IMG/VR virus record: IMGVR_UViG_3300018476_000016
Span: 1 to 55,110 of that record
Origin: a virus
Taxonomy: Duplodnaviria; Caudoviricetes
Strand: one strand, 5' to 3'
DNA: 55,110 bases
The stretch's first letter is position 1. Each line of letters opens with the position of its first letter. A program made the translations under genes and the position numbers. Positions 26,934-35,994 of the stretch are shown here, piece after piece. Below the pieces are notes generated by a model that was given only the letters and a program-made list of their open reading frames with translations, did no database searches and was not told where the DNA came from.

Positions 26934-28940
26934 CTACATCGTCCTAACCGCTAGTCGCATGTCCCGCATAGCGATCTGGGACTCCAGTTGCCCTGCCACA
27001 GCCCTGCCTGCCGTTGTCGCCTGAGTCTCGGTGGGCTGCTGTCCGTAGAAGTTCAGGTTGGTGTTGAACACGCTGCCGGCGACCTGTGCCGATGCCGTAC
27101 GGATGACCCCCACCTGGGACTCCATGCCGGCTGCGAGGTCCTTGACGAGTGCCTGGCCCCGGTACAAGGCATAGCCGCTGCCGGACAGCGGTCCGACCTG
27201 TGCGGGGGACCCGGGCAGCCATGCGGTGATCGAGGCGACGATCGACTTCACTTTGCTGATGAGCCAGTTCTTGCTGTTCTCGATGCCGGTACCGATGGCG
27301 TTGATGAGTCCACGCCCAGCGTTGATCCCGGCGTTCCACAGGTCCCGGGCGATGTTGGAGACGAAGGTGCCGATGCGTCCGGGTAGTTGGCGGAAGAAGT
27401 CGGCGACGGCCTCGATGGCCTTGGCGAACGCGTTGACGGCGCTGTCCTTGAACTTCTTGAAATCCTCGATGCGCCGGTTTACCCAGTCCAGGACCTTCTT
27501 GTCGAACTCGATGATCTTCCCGCCGAGGAACTCGAAGAACGCCAGGATCGCCTCGCCAGCGGCCTGGAGTCCGGCGGTGAACAGGACGAACGCGTAGATC
27601 AACCCGAAGGTCAGGTCGATGAACAGCTTGCCCCAGAAGACGAGACCCTCGAAGAACTTCTGCCCGGCCGGGGACTCCAGCAGGAAGATCAGCCGGTTGA
27701 GGCCCTCGACCAGTTCATCGATGAGCCCCTTGCCACCGGCCTTGTCCAACTGCTCCATGAACGTCTTCACGAACCCGACCAACCCATCGAACAGGTTGAA
27801 AAGGGAGTTCAGGGTCTTGACCATCGAGTCCAGCCACTCCTGGAACTTCCCCGAGGAGACCTGCTGGGACAGCCACTGCCCGAAGGACTTGAACTCCTGG
27901 TTGAACAGCCGTCCCAGCCGCTCCAGGAACGGGATCGCTGCTGTGGAGGCGGCGATCAGGCCCTTCAGGAACACGGTCAGCGACGGGGTGAACTCCCCCA
28001 GCCAGCGCAGGGTGGCCGGGATGACGGTCTCCAGGAACGTCTTGAACGTGGGCGAGGCGAAGAACAGGGCGATCTGGCGGAACAGGAACCCCAGCGAGGT
28101 CGCCAACTGGGGTAGCCCTCCACGCAGGACCGGTTCCAGGGCCTGGAAGACCTTGGTGACGCTGTTGCCGAACGCGGCGAAGAAGTTCTCCTGGAGCAGC
28201 AGTTTGATCTGCTTGAAGAAGTCCCGCACCGGGAGCAGGGACCGTACGAAGTCCTTGGCCGAGGGTGCCAGGCCGTTCATGGCGACCAGCAGTTCGTGGG
28301 CGTTCTTCGCGGCGAACGCACCCTGGATCGCTTTGCCCATCCCATCGAACGCGAGCATCAGCACACCGGCCTGGAGCCCGATGGCGCCAATGAGGGCGGG
28401 GATGGTGGCCAGGACCGCCACGAGGGCATTCGCGGCCTGCACGGCTGCCAGGATGACCCCGACGAGGCCGCCCACGGCAATGGCGAGCACGGAGATGAGG
28501 GGCGACTTGCCGCTGACGTTGAACCCGGCCCCGATGGCGTCGGACAGTCCTTCACCGATCTGGGAGAAGGGCCCCCCGGGTCGGGACAGGACGTTGAACG
28601 CTTTCTCGGTCTCCTCGCGGAACATCTCCACGAACCGGCCACCGAGGTCACGGATGCGCCCGGACCGGTCGATGCGGAACCAGTCCCCATCGATCTTGAT
28701 CTTCGCTGCCCGTGCGCCCTTCTCGAACTCCTTGATGACCCCGGGCAACTGCTTGCGGATCTCGGTACGGGTGCCCTCACCCAGGTGCTTGCCCCAGTTC
28801 TCGCCGACCTTCTCCATGAGGGCGTCGGACTGCTTGCCGATCTTGTCAAGGTCCTTGGGCAGTTCACGCCGGAACGGGTCAGTGTCCGCGTGCACCTCGA
28901 TGTAGGCATCCCCGAGCGAGTCCGCCAACGCAGCCACCAC
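26934..28940 (-). CDS. Tape measure protein
   Basis: LGDAYIEVHADT start, amphipathic helices, LPGSPA..GPLSG end. Confidence 0.88.
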   Translation of the reverse strand: MVAALADSLGDAYIEVHADTDPFRRELPKDLDKIGKQSDALMEKVGENWGKHLGEGTRTEIRKQLPGVIKEFEKGARAAKIKIDGDWFRIDRSGRIRDLGGRFVEMFREETEKAFNVLSRPGGPFSQIGEGLSDAIGAGFNVSGKSPLISVLAIAVGGLVGVILAAVQAANALVAVLATIPALIGAIGLQAGVLMLAFDGMGKAIQGAFAAKNAHELLVAMNGLAPSAKDFVRSLLPVRDFFKQIKLLLQENFFAAFGNSVTKVFQALEPVLRGGLPQLATSLGFLFRQIALFFASPTFKTFLETVIPATLRWLGEFTPSLTVFLKGLIAASTAAIPFLERLGRLFNQEFKSFGQWLSQQVSSGKFQEWLDSMVKTLNSLFNLFDGLVGFVKTFMEQLDKAGGKGLIDELVEGLNRLIFLLESPAGQKFFEGLVFWGKLFIDLTFGLIYAFVLFTAGLQAAGEAILAFFEFLGGKIIEFDKKVLDWVNRRIEDFKKFKDSAVNAFAKAIEAVADFFRQLPGRIGTFVSNIARDLWNAGINAGRGLINAIGTGIENSKNWLISKVKSIVASITAWLPGSPAQVGPLSGSGYALYRGQALVKDLAAGMESQVGVIRTASAQVAGSVFNTNLNFYGQQPTETQATTAGRAVAGQLESQIAMRDMRLAVRTM

Positions 28941-28987
28941 CCTCCGTGCATTACAGGGGGCAGGCTACATAGGAGAGGCGCTGCTGA

Positions 28988-29560
28988 TCACATCATAGAC
29001 AGGAACTGGTTCGCGTCCATCGGTTCGAGTTCGACTTCCTGGCCGGGAGGGGGCATGTCAAGCTGCATCAGGAACGAGTTGACCTTGTCGTTCTCTCCGA
29101 GCGCACGGATCAGGATCAGGGTGGCCACGTCGCACCACGCGGCCAGGCTCATCGAACCGGTCGGCACCTGGCGCAGGACGAACTCCCCGCCCACCGCGTC
29201 CCAGGAACCCTGCACCGTCTTGACCAGGCGCAACACCACCCACCACGGGCGTCCACCGGCTGTGGAGATGCAGTCCAGCGCCAACTGGGCCACCTCTTCC
29301 ACGGTGACCAGGCCGTCCATCAGGGCGTCCTCGACCACGTCCGGGTCCTCGCACAGGTCCGGGAACACCGCGTCGGTGGTGAAGTCCTCGCCCATGAGCA
29401 CCGACAACCACTCATGAGCGCTCAGGGCAGGGATGACCACCTCATGACCGGCCATGCTCACGTTGACCGGATGGCACGCCAGCGAGGCAAGCGGGTCGGT
29501 TACCAGCTTGGGGATGTTTACCGGGGGTGGCGGGTTAGCGGCGCTTGACCGGACGGCCAC
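28988..29560 (-). CDS. Tail assembly chaperone-like protein
   Basis: Directly upstream of the tape measure; GRPWW motif; start uncertain. Confidence 0.65.
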   Translation of the reverse strand: MAVRSSAANPPPPVNIPKLVTDPLASLACHPVNVSMAGHEVVIPALSAHEWLSVLMGEDFTTDAVFPDLCEDPDVVEDALMDGLVTVEEVAQLALDCISTAGGRPWWVVLRLVKTVQGSWDAVGGEFVLRQVPTGSMSLAAWCDVATLILIRALGENDKVNSFLMQLDMPPPGQEVELEPMDANQFLSMM

Positions 29561-29894
29561 GGGTGACCTTCGGCTTGGTCGGTGCCGCTGGCGCGTCGTC
29601 AGTGAACACGCTCATGATCGGCATGATCTCATCGATCTCAAGTTCGCCGGCCATCATCAGGTTGAACAGGTACTCCCGGTCATCGGTCTCCACGACCCGG
29701 TTCTCCAGCATGTCCAGCAGCCGGGCCGTGTGCTCGAAGACCGTCCGGACGTTCTCCTTCGACACCTGGCCCTCAGGCCCGACCATCTTCTCCAACCGCC
29801 GGACCTCGCGGTTGAGCAGCATGATCTGCGTGTCAGTCATCATCATGACCATGATCTCGCGGCCCTTGATGGTGATCGGCTTCTTCTCAGTCAC
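29535..29894 (-). CDS. Tail assembly chaperone
   Basis: Position and size. Confidence 0.65.
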   Translation of the reverse strand: MTEKKPITIKGREIMVMMMTDTQIMLLNREVRRLEKMVGPEGQVSKENVRTVFEHTARLLDMLENRVVETDDREYLFNLMMAGELEIDEIMPIMSVFTDDAPAAPTKPKVTRGRPVKRR

Positions 29895-30312
29895 TGATGA
29901 CCACTTTCCATCCACGCCTACGTGCCTCGGCGACCAACGGGTCGGTGAGCCAACCCTTGGACCTCTGGCCCGGGTGGTTGACTTTCCGGAACCGTACCAC
30001 GCGGCCCACCTTGCGCCAGTAGAACCGCAACGGGTACCCGGGTCCCCTGGGTCGGATCACGTGGGGAGCGGTGCCAGTGTCGGAGAACGCGGCGTAACGC
30101 AGGTCCGAGCCCACCCGGGCGTGGACCTTCAGGCCGGACGTGTATACGTGACTGGTGACCGAGGACGCCATCCGACCGGTCGTGTACGGACCGGTGGACG
30201 CGTTGATGACAGCCTCAGCGTGGATGCGGGCCACCGACTTACGCATGTAGCGGGTCGTGAGACGGTTCGCGGTGATGGCGACCTGGGCATGGTTGATGCG
30301 GATCTTCGTCAT
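29887..30312 (-). CDS. HK97 gp10-like tail completion protein
   Basis: TGRMASS, YAAF...GT.PH.IRP, V.HPG. Confidence 0.75.
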   Translation of the reverse strand: MTKIRINHAQVAITANRLTTRYMRKSVARIHAEAVINASTGPYTTGRMASSVTSHVYTSGLKVHARVGSDLRYAAFSDTGTAPHVIRPRGPGYPLRFYWRKVGRVVRFRKVNHPGQRSKGWLTDPLVAEARRRGWKVVISD

Positions 30313-30325
30313 CCCACACCTCCCG

Positions 30326-30493
30326 TCAGTGCACTTCCTCCAGGTAGCCGTTCACGATCAAGGATGCCACGAACGAGTCCACCGCCACGTGACGGACCTC
30401 CCCGCGCTCCCAGTCGTTGAACACCTTGAGCGCCCGGACGTTGGCGAACCGCAGGTCCTTGAACGGGTCCACGATGGCAGGCTTACTGGCCAT
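30326..30493 (-). CDS. Small hypothetical virion-associated protein
   Basis: TGATG coupling. Confidence 0.55.
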   Translation of the reverse strand: MASKPAIVDPFKDLRFANVRALKVFNDWERGEVRHVAVDSFVASLIVNGYLEEVH

Positions 30494-31035
30494 CAGCACG
30501 TCTCGCAGTTGGGGACCTGGGCTGCGACGACCAGCTTGCGTTCCGTGCACCCGCCCAGCACGACACCTGGGGACTGGCGGGTGATCACCATGGACATGCC
30601 GGGGAACGTGTCACCGTTGACCACGTAGCGGCGGAAGCAGCACGCGGCAGCCTGGAGCGCCTGGGCGTCATGGAAGCCCTGGATCGCGGACGCGTTCCAC
30701 TCCTCACACGAGGGCGGGAAGTTGCCGTCCCCGACCGGGACACACCGCACGATGCCCAGTTGGAACGTGATGTTCCAGGCTGCCGGCGGACAGTTGCCGT
30801 CGACCTGGCGCACGATGTCCTGCTCCGGGAACGAGGCCACCGAAGGGAACACGTCACCGAGGCTCACGTACGCGAGACCCTCGCAGCACAGGTCCTCCTC
30901 CTGGCCCATGTCGTGGGCGACCTCCGTACCGACCCGGAAACAGCAGTTCGCGGGTGGGTTCGGGTTCGCGGCGACAGCGGTGCACAGGCATCCCAGCAGC
31001 GCATCGGCGAGGAGCCGGATCTGGATGTCGCTCAT
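30493..31035 (-). CDS. Tail terminator-like protein
   Basis: Position; Cys-rich, GIVRC, GGC. Confidence 0.65.
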   Translation of the reverse strand: MSDIQIRLLADALLGCLCTAVAANPNPPANCCFRVGTEVAHDMGQEEDLCCEGLAYVSLGDVFPSVASFPEQDIVRQVDGNCPPAAWNITFQLGIVRCVPVGDGNFPPSCEEWNASAIQGFHDAQALQAAACCFRRYVVNGDTFPGMSMVITRQSPGVVLGGCTERKLVVAAQVPNCETC

Positions 31036-31829
31036 GCGATCGTCGTCATCCGTACGACCGGGTCATCCGGTGACGCTATCTTCATCGGGCTTGCCAGCCC
31101 GTACGGGTTGAAGTTCCTGATCACCTGGTCCACTGTCGGGACCCCGGTAAGCCCGGCTCTCAGTAGGTCGTCAAGTGGGACCATCTGGATCGTCACACCC
31201 TGGCGGGCCACCGACTGGACCCGCTGCGGCAAGCGGCACGCAGCCCCGGCGCAGGACTTCGCCCACTCGCAGGCCAGTTCACCGGCCGCGCGGAGCAGGA
31301 TGCCAGGAACCTCCTGGCCTTTGGTGTAGGTAACGAACAGGGTGTTGGCCCCGGTGATGTCAGCGTCCCAGTCCTGGCAGGCGGGCCAGCAGGTGCCGTC
31401 CGTGCGGACCAGCCACTGGCCGTTGTCCACGCGCCACGCGTTGACCGGGACGATGGACCCGTTCTGGCTTACCCCGGTGGGGGAGATTGCCAGGACCGGT
31501 CCGGGCAGGTACACCTGGCACGCCGGTTCGCATGAACAGATGCCCGAGCAACTGCCGAAGCAGTTACGCCACAGACCGTTGAGGATGTAGGGGCGCCATG
31601 TGCCGTCCGCCCAGTAGTAGCCGAGCGTGCCACTCTGGCAGTTCTGGTAGCAGGGACGCACTGTGCGCTCGCAGCCACCGAACCGGCGCCCGGTGGCAGC
31701 CCACACGGTGAACGCGCCGTAGTCCTTGGCAGCCTGCTGTGTGGCCGGCGACAACCCTGCCCAGAACTCGGCGTCACAGCAGGAGACATCCACCTGCCAG
31801 TTGCAGGGGAGGGTGGTGTTGGTCGCCAT
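31032..31829 (-). CDS. Head-to-tail adaptor
   Basis: ATGRRFG.C..TVRPC, CRLP..V.S..RQGV, TG...VD. Confidence 0.78.
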   Translation of the reverse strand: MATNTTLPCNWQVDVSCCDAEFWAGLSPATQQAAKDYGAFTVWAATGRRFGGCERTVRPCYQNCQSGTLGYYWADGTWRPYILNGLWRNCFGSCSGICSCEPACQVYLPGPVLAISPTGVSQNGSIVPVNAWRVDNGQWLVRTDGTCWPACQDWDADITGANTLFVTYTKGQEVPGILLRAAGELACEWAKSCAGAACRLPQRVQSVARQGVTIQMVPLDDLLRAGLTGVPTVDQVIRNFNPYGLASPMKIASPDDPVVRMTTIA

Positions 31830-31846
31830 GGCCTACCTTCCTTGCT

Positions 31847-31895
31847 CCCCCGGTCCCGCTTCATCGGGTTCCAAGCGCTGGTACGGGACCGGGGG
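31847..31895 (-). terminator. Hairpin after the major tail gene
   Basis: CCCCCGGTCCCG / CGGGACCGGGGG. Confidence 0.55.
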
Positions 31896-31909
31896 GTATG
31901 GCAGGGATG

Positions 31910-32611
31910 CTACAGGGACGTGAGTTGCGTGCAACCGCACGCCGCTGTAGGTGGTGCCAGCCGGGACAGGAACATCCGGTGGTGCTGCGTGGACAGGATC
32001 GGCGTCAGCAGCCGTATCGGTGTGTTCAGGGTGCCGGCGTTATCGGACAGGTCCACGTTGTACGGGCCGGTGCCCCACAGCGAGTTGGCCTTGGTCCGAC
32101 CGCTGTAGGTGAACGTGACCGTGTCGTTCTGCCAGGTGATGTCACCGAGTGTGCCTTCAGCGACCCACGGGAACAGGGTGTACCCGTACTCCGTGCCACC
32201 GGTACAGGCGACCGATGCCCCCGAGATCAGCGACCAGCCCTCGAACGCGAAGTTCGCGTTGGCTGCCGAGCCCTCCTGGGTGGAGAAGCCGGTGGCCCGG
32301 GTGAGCGCGGAGTCGTCCAGGACGAGCGGCTCGGCGGTGACGATGTTGAGCATCTCCGGGTCGACGTTGCAGAAGGTCAACTCCAGGTTGATCCACTTGA
32401 GGATCGGTGGGTTGGTCTCCTTCACGCAGAAGTCGCCATTGCCGTTCTTGACGAAGAACTCCTGGCGCTCCTCGTACTCCTTGGTCATGGCGATCGAGAT
32501 GATGCCACTGGAGACCACGGTCGAACAGCCGGTGACCGCCTGGCCACACGAGTTGAGTTGGGTGACCCGGACCCGGGGCACCTTCCATGGGGTGTAACAC
32601 ACCGCTGTCAT
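31910..32611 (-). CDS. Major tail protein
   Basis: RVTQLNSCG, KNGNG.FC, FCNVDP, WGTGPYNV. Confidence 0.82.
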   Translation of the reverse strand: MTAVCYTPWKVPRVRVTQLNSCGQAVTGCSTVVSSGIISIAMTKEYEERQEFFVKNGNGDFCVKETNPPILKWINLELTFCNVDPEMLNIVTAEPLVLDDSALTRATGFSTQEGSAANANFAFEGWSLISGASVACTGGTEYGYTLFPWVAEGTLGDITWQNDTVTFTYSGRTKANSLWGTGPYNVDLSDNAGTLNTPIRLLTPILSTQHHRMFLSRLAPPTAACGCTQLTSL

Positions 32612-32853
32612 GTCGCGGTCTCCTCCGTCTCGGAAGTGGGCTCCTTGCGCGACTTTCCGCGCTTCCTCGGCTCTTCAGGCGACGAGGTCTCGGACAGGGA
32701 CTGGTAACGCTCGTACCGTTTGGCGAGTTCGGCGCTGACCACCGCACCCGTGGTGGGGGTGTCGGTGGTCGTCGCCACGTCGTAGGGGTGGTCGGCCAGG
32801 TCCAGCAGGACCGCGAAGTCGACCGGCCAGATGGTCACCTTGTCGTCGCTCAT
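32608..32853 (-). CDS. Hypothetical virion protein
   Basis: Coupled ORF; LLDLADHPYDV.T. Confidence 0.65.
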   Translation of the reverse strand: MSDDKVTIWPVDFAVLLDLADHPYDVATTTDTPTTGAVVSAELAKRYERYQSLSETSSPEEPRKRGKSRKEPTSETEETAT

Positions 32854-33701
32854 TACGCACTCCCCGCCGTGGTGCAGGTCCGGGTCACCTCGACCGCGAA
32901 CACCCCACATTCGACAGTGGTGATGTACATGCGCTCGGCGATCAGCATCATCTGGTTCAGGGCCTTGTCGAACGTCTGCCGTGGTGGCGGGACGAAGACC
33001 TCGGCGTCCTGCCAGATGGCCACCCGACCGCTGGCGTACATCCACTCGGTAGTGGCTGTGGCGGCCTGACCGGTGGGCCCGGTCCCGTCGTAGCCCTGAC
33101 CGAACGCGTACGGCGTACCGAGCGGGGTCTGCTTGACCCGTCCGGCCTGGTCGATGAGGTGGTTGTTCGCAAGGTGCGCTGCCATGCCCGGTCGGGCGTG
33201 GATGATGCCCCCCACGATGCCGTTGTCGGCGAGCGCCTGCTCCAGCAGTTGTACCGCTGTCACGGGGCAGCCGGCCGAACCGAGGTTGGTGGCGTTACGG
33301 AACTGGCCGGTGATCGTGCCCAGCACGCCGGTCGATCCCTGCCACAGCCGCCGCTCCACAGCCCGCTGTTCGCGCAGCGACATGCGGGTACGGACCTTGC
33401 GCTCGGACTCCTCGAACGAGTAGCCGAGACTCCCGCACGTGTACGAGGTCATGACCGCGAACGCCTGCCCGGAGACGGCTGCCTCGTTGCCGCTGAACGT
33501 CTTCGTCCCGGTGATCGGGGGACAGTTCAGGGCAACGACGAAGACATCGTCCTCGCACGTGTCGGGGACGTAGGTGATGCCACTGGCACCCGCGTTCTGG
33601 TCCGGGAACGGCATGGGTCCCAGCGCCACGTCGAAGATGCCGTACTGGCGCTGGGGTGGCTGTGGTGTCTCAACAAGTAGAGGACCATTGATGATCGGCA
33701 C
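32853..33701 (-). CDS. Second capsid protein (pentamer-type)
   Basis: Follows the major capsid gene; E..VERRLW, TPLGT...G.GY, AERMY....C. Confidence 0.72.
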   Translation of the reverse strand: MPIINGPLLVETPQPPQRQYGIFDVALGPMPFPDQNAGASGITYVPDTCEDDVFVVALNCPPITGTKTFSGNEAAVSGQAFAVMTSYTCGSLGYSFEESERKVRTRMSLREQRAVERRLWQGSTGVLGTITGQFRNATNLGSAGCPVTAVQLLEQALADNGIVGGIIHARPGMAAHLANNHLIDQAGRVKQTPLGTPYAFGQGYDGTGPTGQAATATTEWMYASGRVAIWQDAEVFVPPPRQTFDKALNQMMLIAERMYITTVECGVFAVEVTRTCTTAGSA

Positions 33702-33725
33702 CAGCTTCTCCTTCCTGCGTAGCGG

Positions 33726-33756
33726 GTCGGGGGGCCCGGGTCACAGGCCCCCCGAC
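33726..33756 (-). terminator. Hairpin after the major capsid gene
   Basis: GTCGGGGGGCC / GGCCCCCCGAC. Confidence 0.6.
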
Positions 33757-33762
33757 GACGGC

Positions 33763-35499
33763 TTACGCGCAGACGATGGTCTGCTGGTTGCCGGTCCGGC
33801 CGCTCGGGCAGATCGGCACGGTGTAGACCCGCGACAGCGGGCACATGCGGATCATCTTCCAGCCGGTCTCCGTGAACAGGTGGGTGACCTGGTTGGTGGC
33901 CAGTTTGGTCGAGTCGTACACCGAGTTCAGCGTGATCACGTCGGAGACTGCCCGGACCCACGTACCTGCCGGGTAGACGATGAACTGGAGGGTCGACGGG
34001 AACGCGGAGATCGGCGTCGCGAGGCCCGGCATACCGGTGACGGCGCCGTTGGTCGCGAACGCGTCCTGCCAGTCGTAGACGAACTGCGGCCGGGCGCCAC
34101 GCTTCGCGAACGCGGAAGTGATCTCCGCGTCGGCGAGGGTGAGCGTGTTGGCGTAGTCGCCACCGTTGCGCCGCACCCAGTCCGCCCGCATCTGCGCGAG
34201 GATCCAGAACGGCAGCACGACCTCAAGGGTCGCCGACTGCTGCATCCGCAGCCGGTACTTGATGTCGACGGTCGCCATCTCCACGGCCGACATGACCTGG
34301 GACACGACCGAGGAGTCGGTGGACCACGGGTTCGCGGCAGTCAGGTTGACCGCAGTCGAGTCAGCGATGATCGCGGCGATCTGGAGGGCGTTGACCTGGT
34401 GCGCGGACGCGGCCATGGCACCCTTGACGAACGCTGCCGTGAACTCCGGGTAGCCCCGGATCGACAGGATGTTGCCGGTCAGGCAGAGGCCGGTGACACC
34501 GAGCCGGTCGTCCACGAAGGACGGGCACGGGATCTCCAGGCAGGTCTTGGTGGTGCCAGCGGCGACCTGGGCCTCGGTCAGGTTGAAGAAGCCCGTGGTG
34601 CCAGAAGCCGGACCGGCGAAGATCGTGCCGAAGTCCAGGCCCGTGTTGTGCCGGATGCCGCCACGCCGTGCCTGGACCTCAGGGGCGTCCAGCAGACCGT
34701 CGGTGGTGATCTGGAGACAGATCGAGTAGTCCGTCTCGGACGGGGCACACCAGCCGGCCGCTGCGACGAGGGCGTCGCCACTACCGGTGGACTCGATCTC
34801 CTTGCGGCGCATCTCGACCGCGTTCAGCAGGGACCCGCCCGGCAGCCGCTTCTCGTCAATGACGTTGAGCAGCTTGGCGTAGTCGGTGGCGTCACCGTCA
34901 ACGCTGAACTCGTCCGGGTAGTTACGGACCAGCTTCGCCACCGGGTAGTGGTTCACGACCGGGGCGGCACCGGCACCGGCACCGTGGCTGGTGAAGCCAG
35001 CCGACCGGGCCTCGAACGCCTTGGCCACGTCCAGCATGGAACCGAACTCGGAACCCGCCTCGTAGTCGGCGACGCCGGCTGCTGCGACCAGGGACGAGAA
35101 GCGCGGACGCTCGATGGTGAGCACAGCCGTCGCGGCCGGGGTGTCGCTGTTCTGGGCGAGCGTGGCAACGGAGACCTTGGTGGAGGCAACCACGGCCGCT
35201 ACCGGCTCCGGGTCGGGCTCCGCGTCAGTGGTGTCGTCCTCGCCCTCAGGGGCGGTGGCCGGGGTGTCCAGGGCTGCGAACTCCGCTGCCCGACGGTCAC
35301 GGCCGGTGACCTCTGCTGGGACGGTGACAAGGGTGAACTCGTGCAGTTCACGCAGTCGCGCGATCTGCTCGTCGGTGACGGTCTCGGGGGTAACGCTCGC
35401 CTTGAGTGCGTCGTACTCGGCCTTGGCCTCGTTCACCATGCCGCTGAGAGCGGTGACGGTGAACTGCCCCAGGTTCGAGTCTGGGATCTGGAAAGTCAT
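33763..35499 (-). CDS. Major capsid protein (hexamer-type, with N-terminal scaffold-like extension)
   Basis: LVAAAGWCAPSETDY, DAPEV..RGGI, YPAGTWV, YDS..L..N...LFTE. Confidence 0.88.
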   Translation of the reverse strand: MTFQIPDSNLGQFTVTALSGMVNEAKAEYDALKASVTPETVTDEQIARLRELHEFTLVTVPAEVTGRDRRAAEFAALDTPATAPEGEDDTTDAEPDPEPVAAVVASTKVSVATLAQNSDTPAATAVLTIERPRFSSLVAAAGVADYEAGSEFGSMLDVAKAFEARSAGFTSHGAGAGAAPVVNHYPVAKLVRNYPDEFSVDGDATDYAKLLNVIDEKRLPGGSLLNAVEMRRKEIESTGSGDALVAAAGWCAPSETDYSICLQITTDGLLDAPEVQARRGGIRHNTGLDFGTIFAGPASGTTGFFNLTEAQVAAGTTKTCLEIPCPSFVDDRLGVTGLCLTGNILSIRGYPEFTAAFVKGAMAASAHQVNALQIAAIIADSTAVNLTAANPWSTDSSVVSQVMSAVEMATVDIKYRLRMQQSATLEVVLPFWILAQMRADWVRRNGGDYANTLTLADAEITSAFAKRGARPQFVYDWQDAFATNGAVTGMPGLATPISAFPSTLQFIVYPAGTWVRAVSDVITLNSVYDSTKLATNQVTHLFTETGWKMIRMCPLSRVYTVPICPSGRTGNQQTIVCA

Positions 35500-35537
35500 G
35501 GGGATCCGGTCCTCACGCTAGGAACTTGTCGGGTTCC

Positions 35538-35598
35538 CGGCGCGGCTCTCGGCTCCAGCCACCGGCAGTGCACGGCGCGGCTCTCGGCTCGGACCACC
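35538..35598 (-). repeat. Tandem 26-nt repeat in the capsid gene leader
   Basis: 35538-35563 and 35573-35598 match at 23/26 positions. Confidence 0.9.
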
Positions 35599-35606
35599 TG
35601 ACGATC

Positions 35607-35636
35607 AAGGTACGTCCGAGCCGAGTCACATGTCAA
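35607..35636 (-). promoter_or_regulatory. Promoter of the major capsid operon
   Basis: TTGACA-N18-TACCTT on the minus strand. Confidence 0.7.
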
Positions 35637-35810
35637 CTACCCTCTGGAGTACCGGCCCCCGCCCGCCACGGTGACAGCCACCTTGGCCGCGTGCTCACCC
35701 TTGACGGTCTTGGTGGTGCCGTCCGGCAGGGTCACGGTGAAGTTCTCCTGCTCCGCTGCCTCTTTGGCCTGCTGTTCGGGGGAACTGCCCCCGCCACAGT
35801 TGCATCCCAT
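35637..35810 (-). CDS. Small MGCNCG-type phage protein
   Basis: MGCNCGG.. F.VT.PDG; GAGGAG RBS. Confidence 0.72.
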   Translation of the reverse strand: MGCNCGGGSSPEQQAKEAAEQENFTVTLPDGTTKTVKGEHAAKVAVTVAGGGRYSRG

Positions 35811-35820
35811 GATGGTCTCC

Positions 35821-35994
35821 TCACTGCTCGTTAAGGTCCCCGCCACCAGCGTCCAGGTACGCCTGGACCCACCTGCGACGTAGGGCCCGCTGCTTCACAG
35901 GGTAAGGGATCTCCGTCACGGGACGGTTGGTCCTGGCTGCCATGCGTCCCAGGGCCTGCGCCCTGGCGATGTCCTTCTCGGTGGGAACGCTCAT
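35821..35994 (-). CDS. Small Rmf/CrpP-like protein
   Basis: A...G..AA......PYP......W..AY pattern; ATGA coupling. Confidence 0.55.
   Translation of the reverse strand: MSVPTEKDIARAQALGRMAARTNRPVTEIPYPVKQRALRRRWVQAYLDAGGGDLNEQ

Noticed and set aside
29520-29580. Programmed frameshift between the tail chaperone ORFs
   Set aside because: No XXXYYYZ slippery heptamer in the overlap; the downstream ORF is in the +1 frame and has its own possible start
33574-35601. Long opposite-strand ORFs (also 20743-22044, 25669-27024, 39905-41596, 52352-53749)
   Set aside because: Shadow frames of high-GC3 genes, with no motifs or RBS
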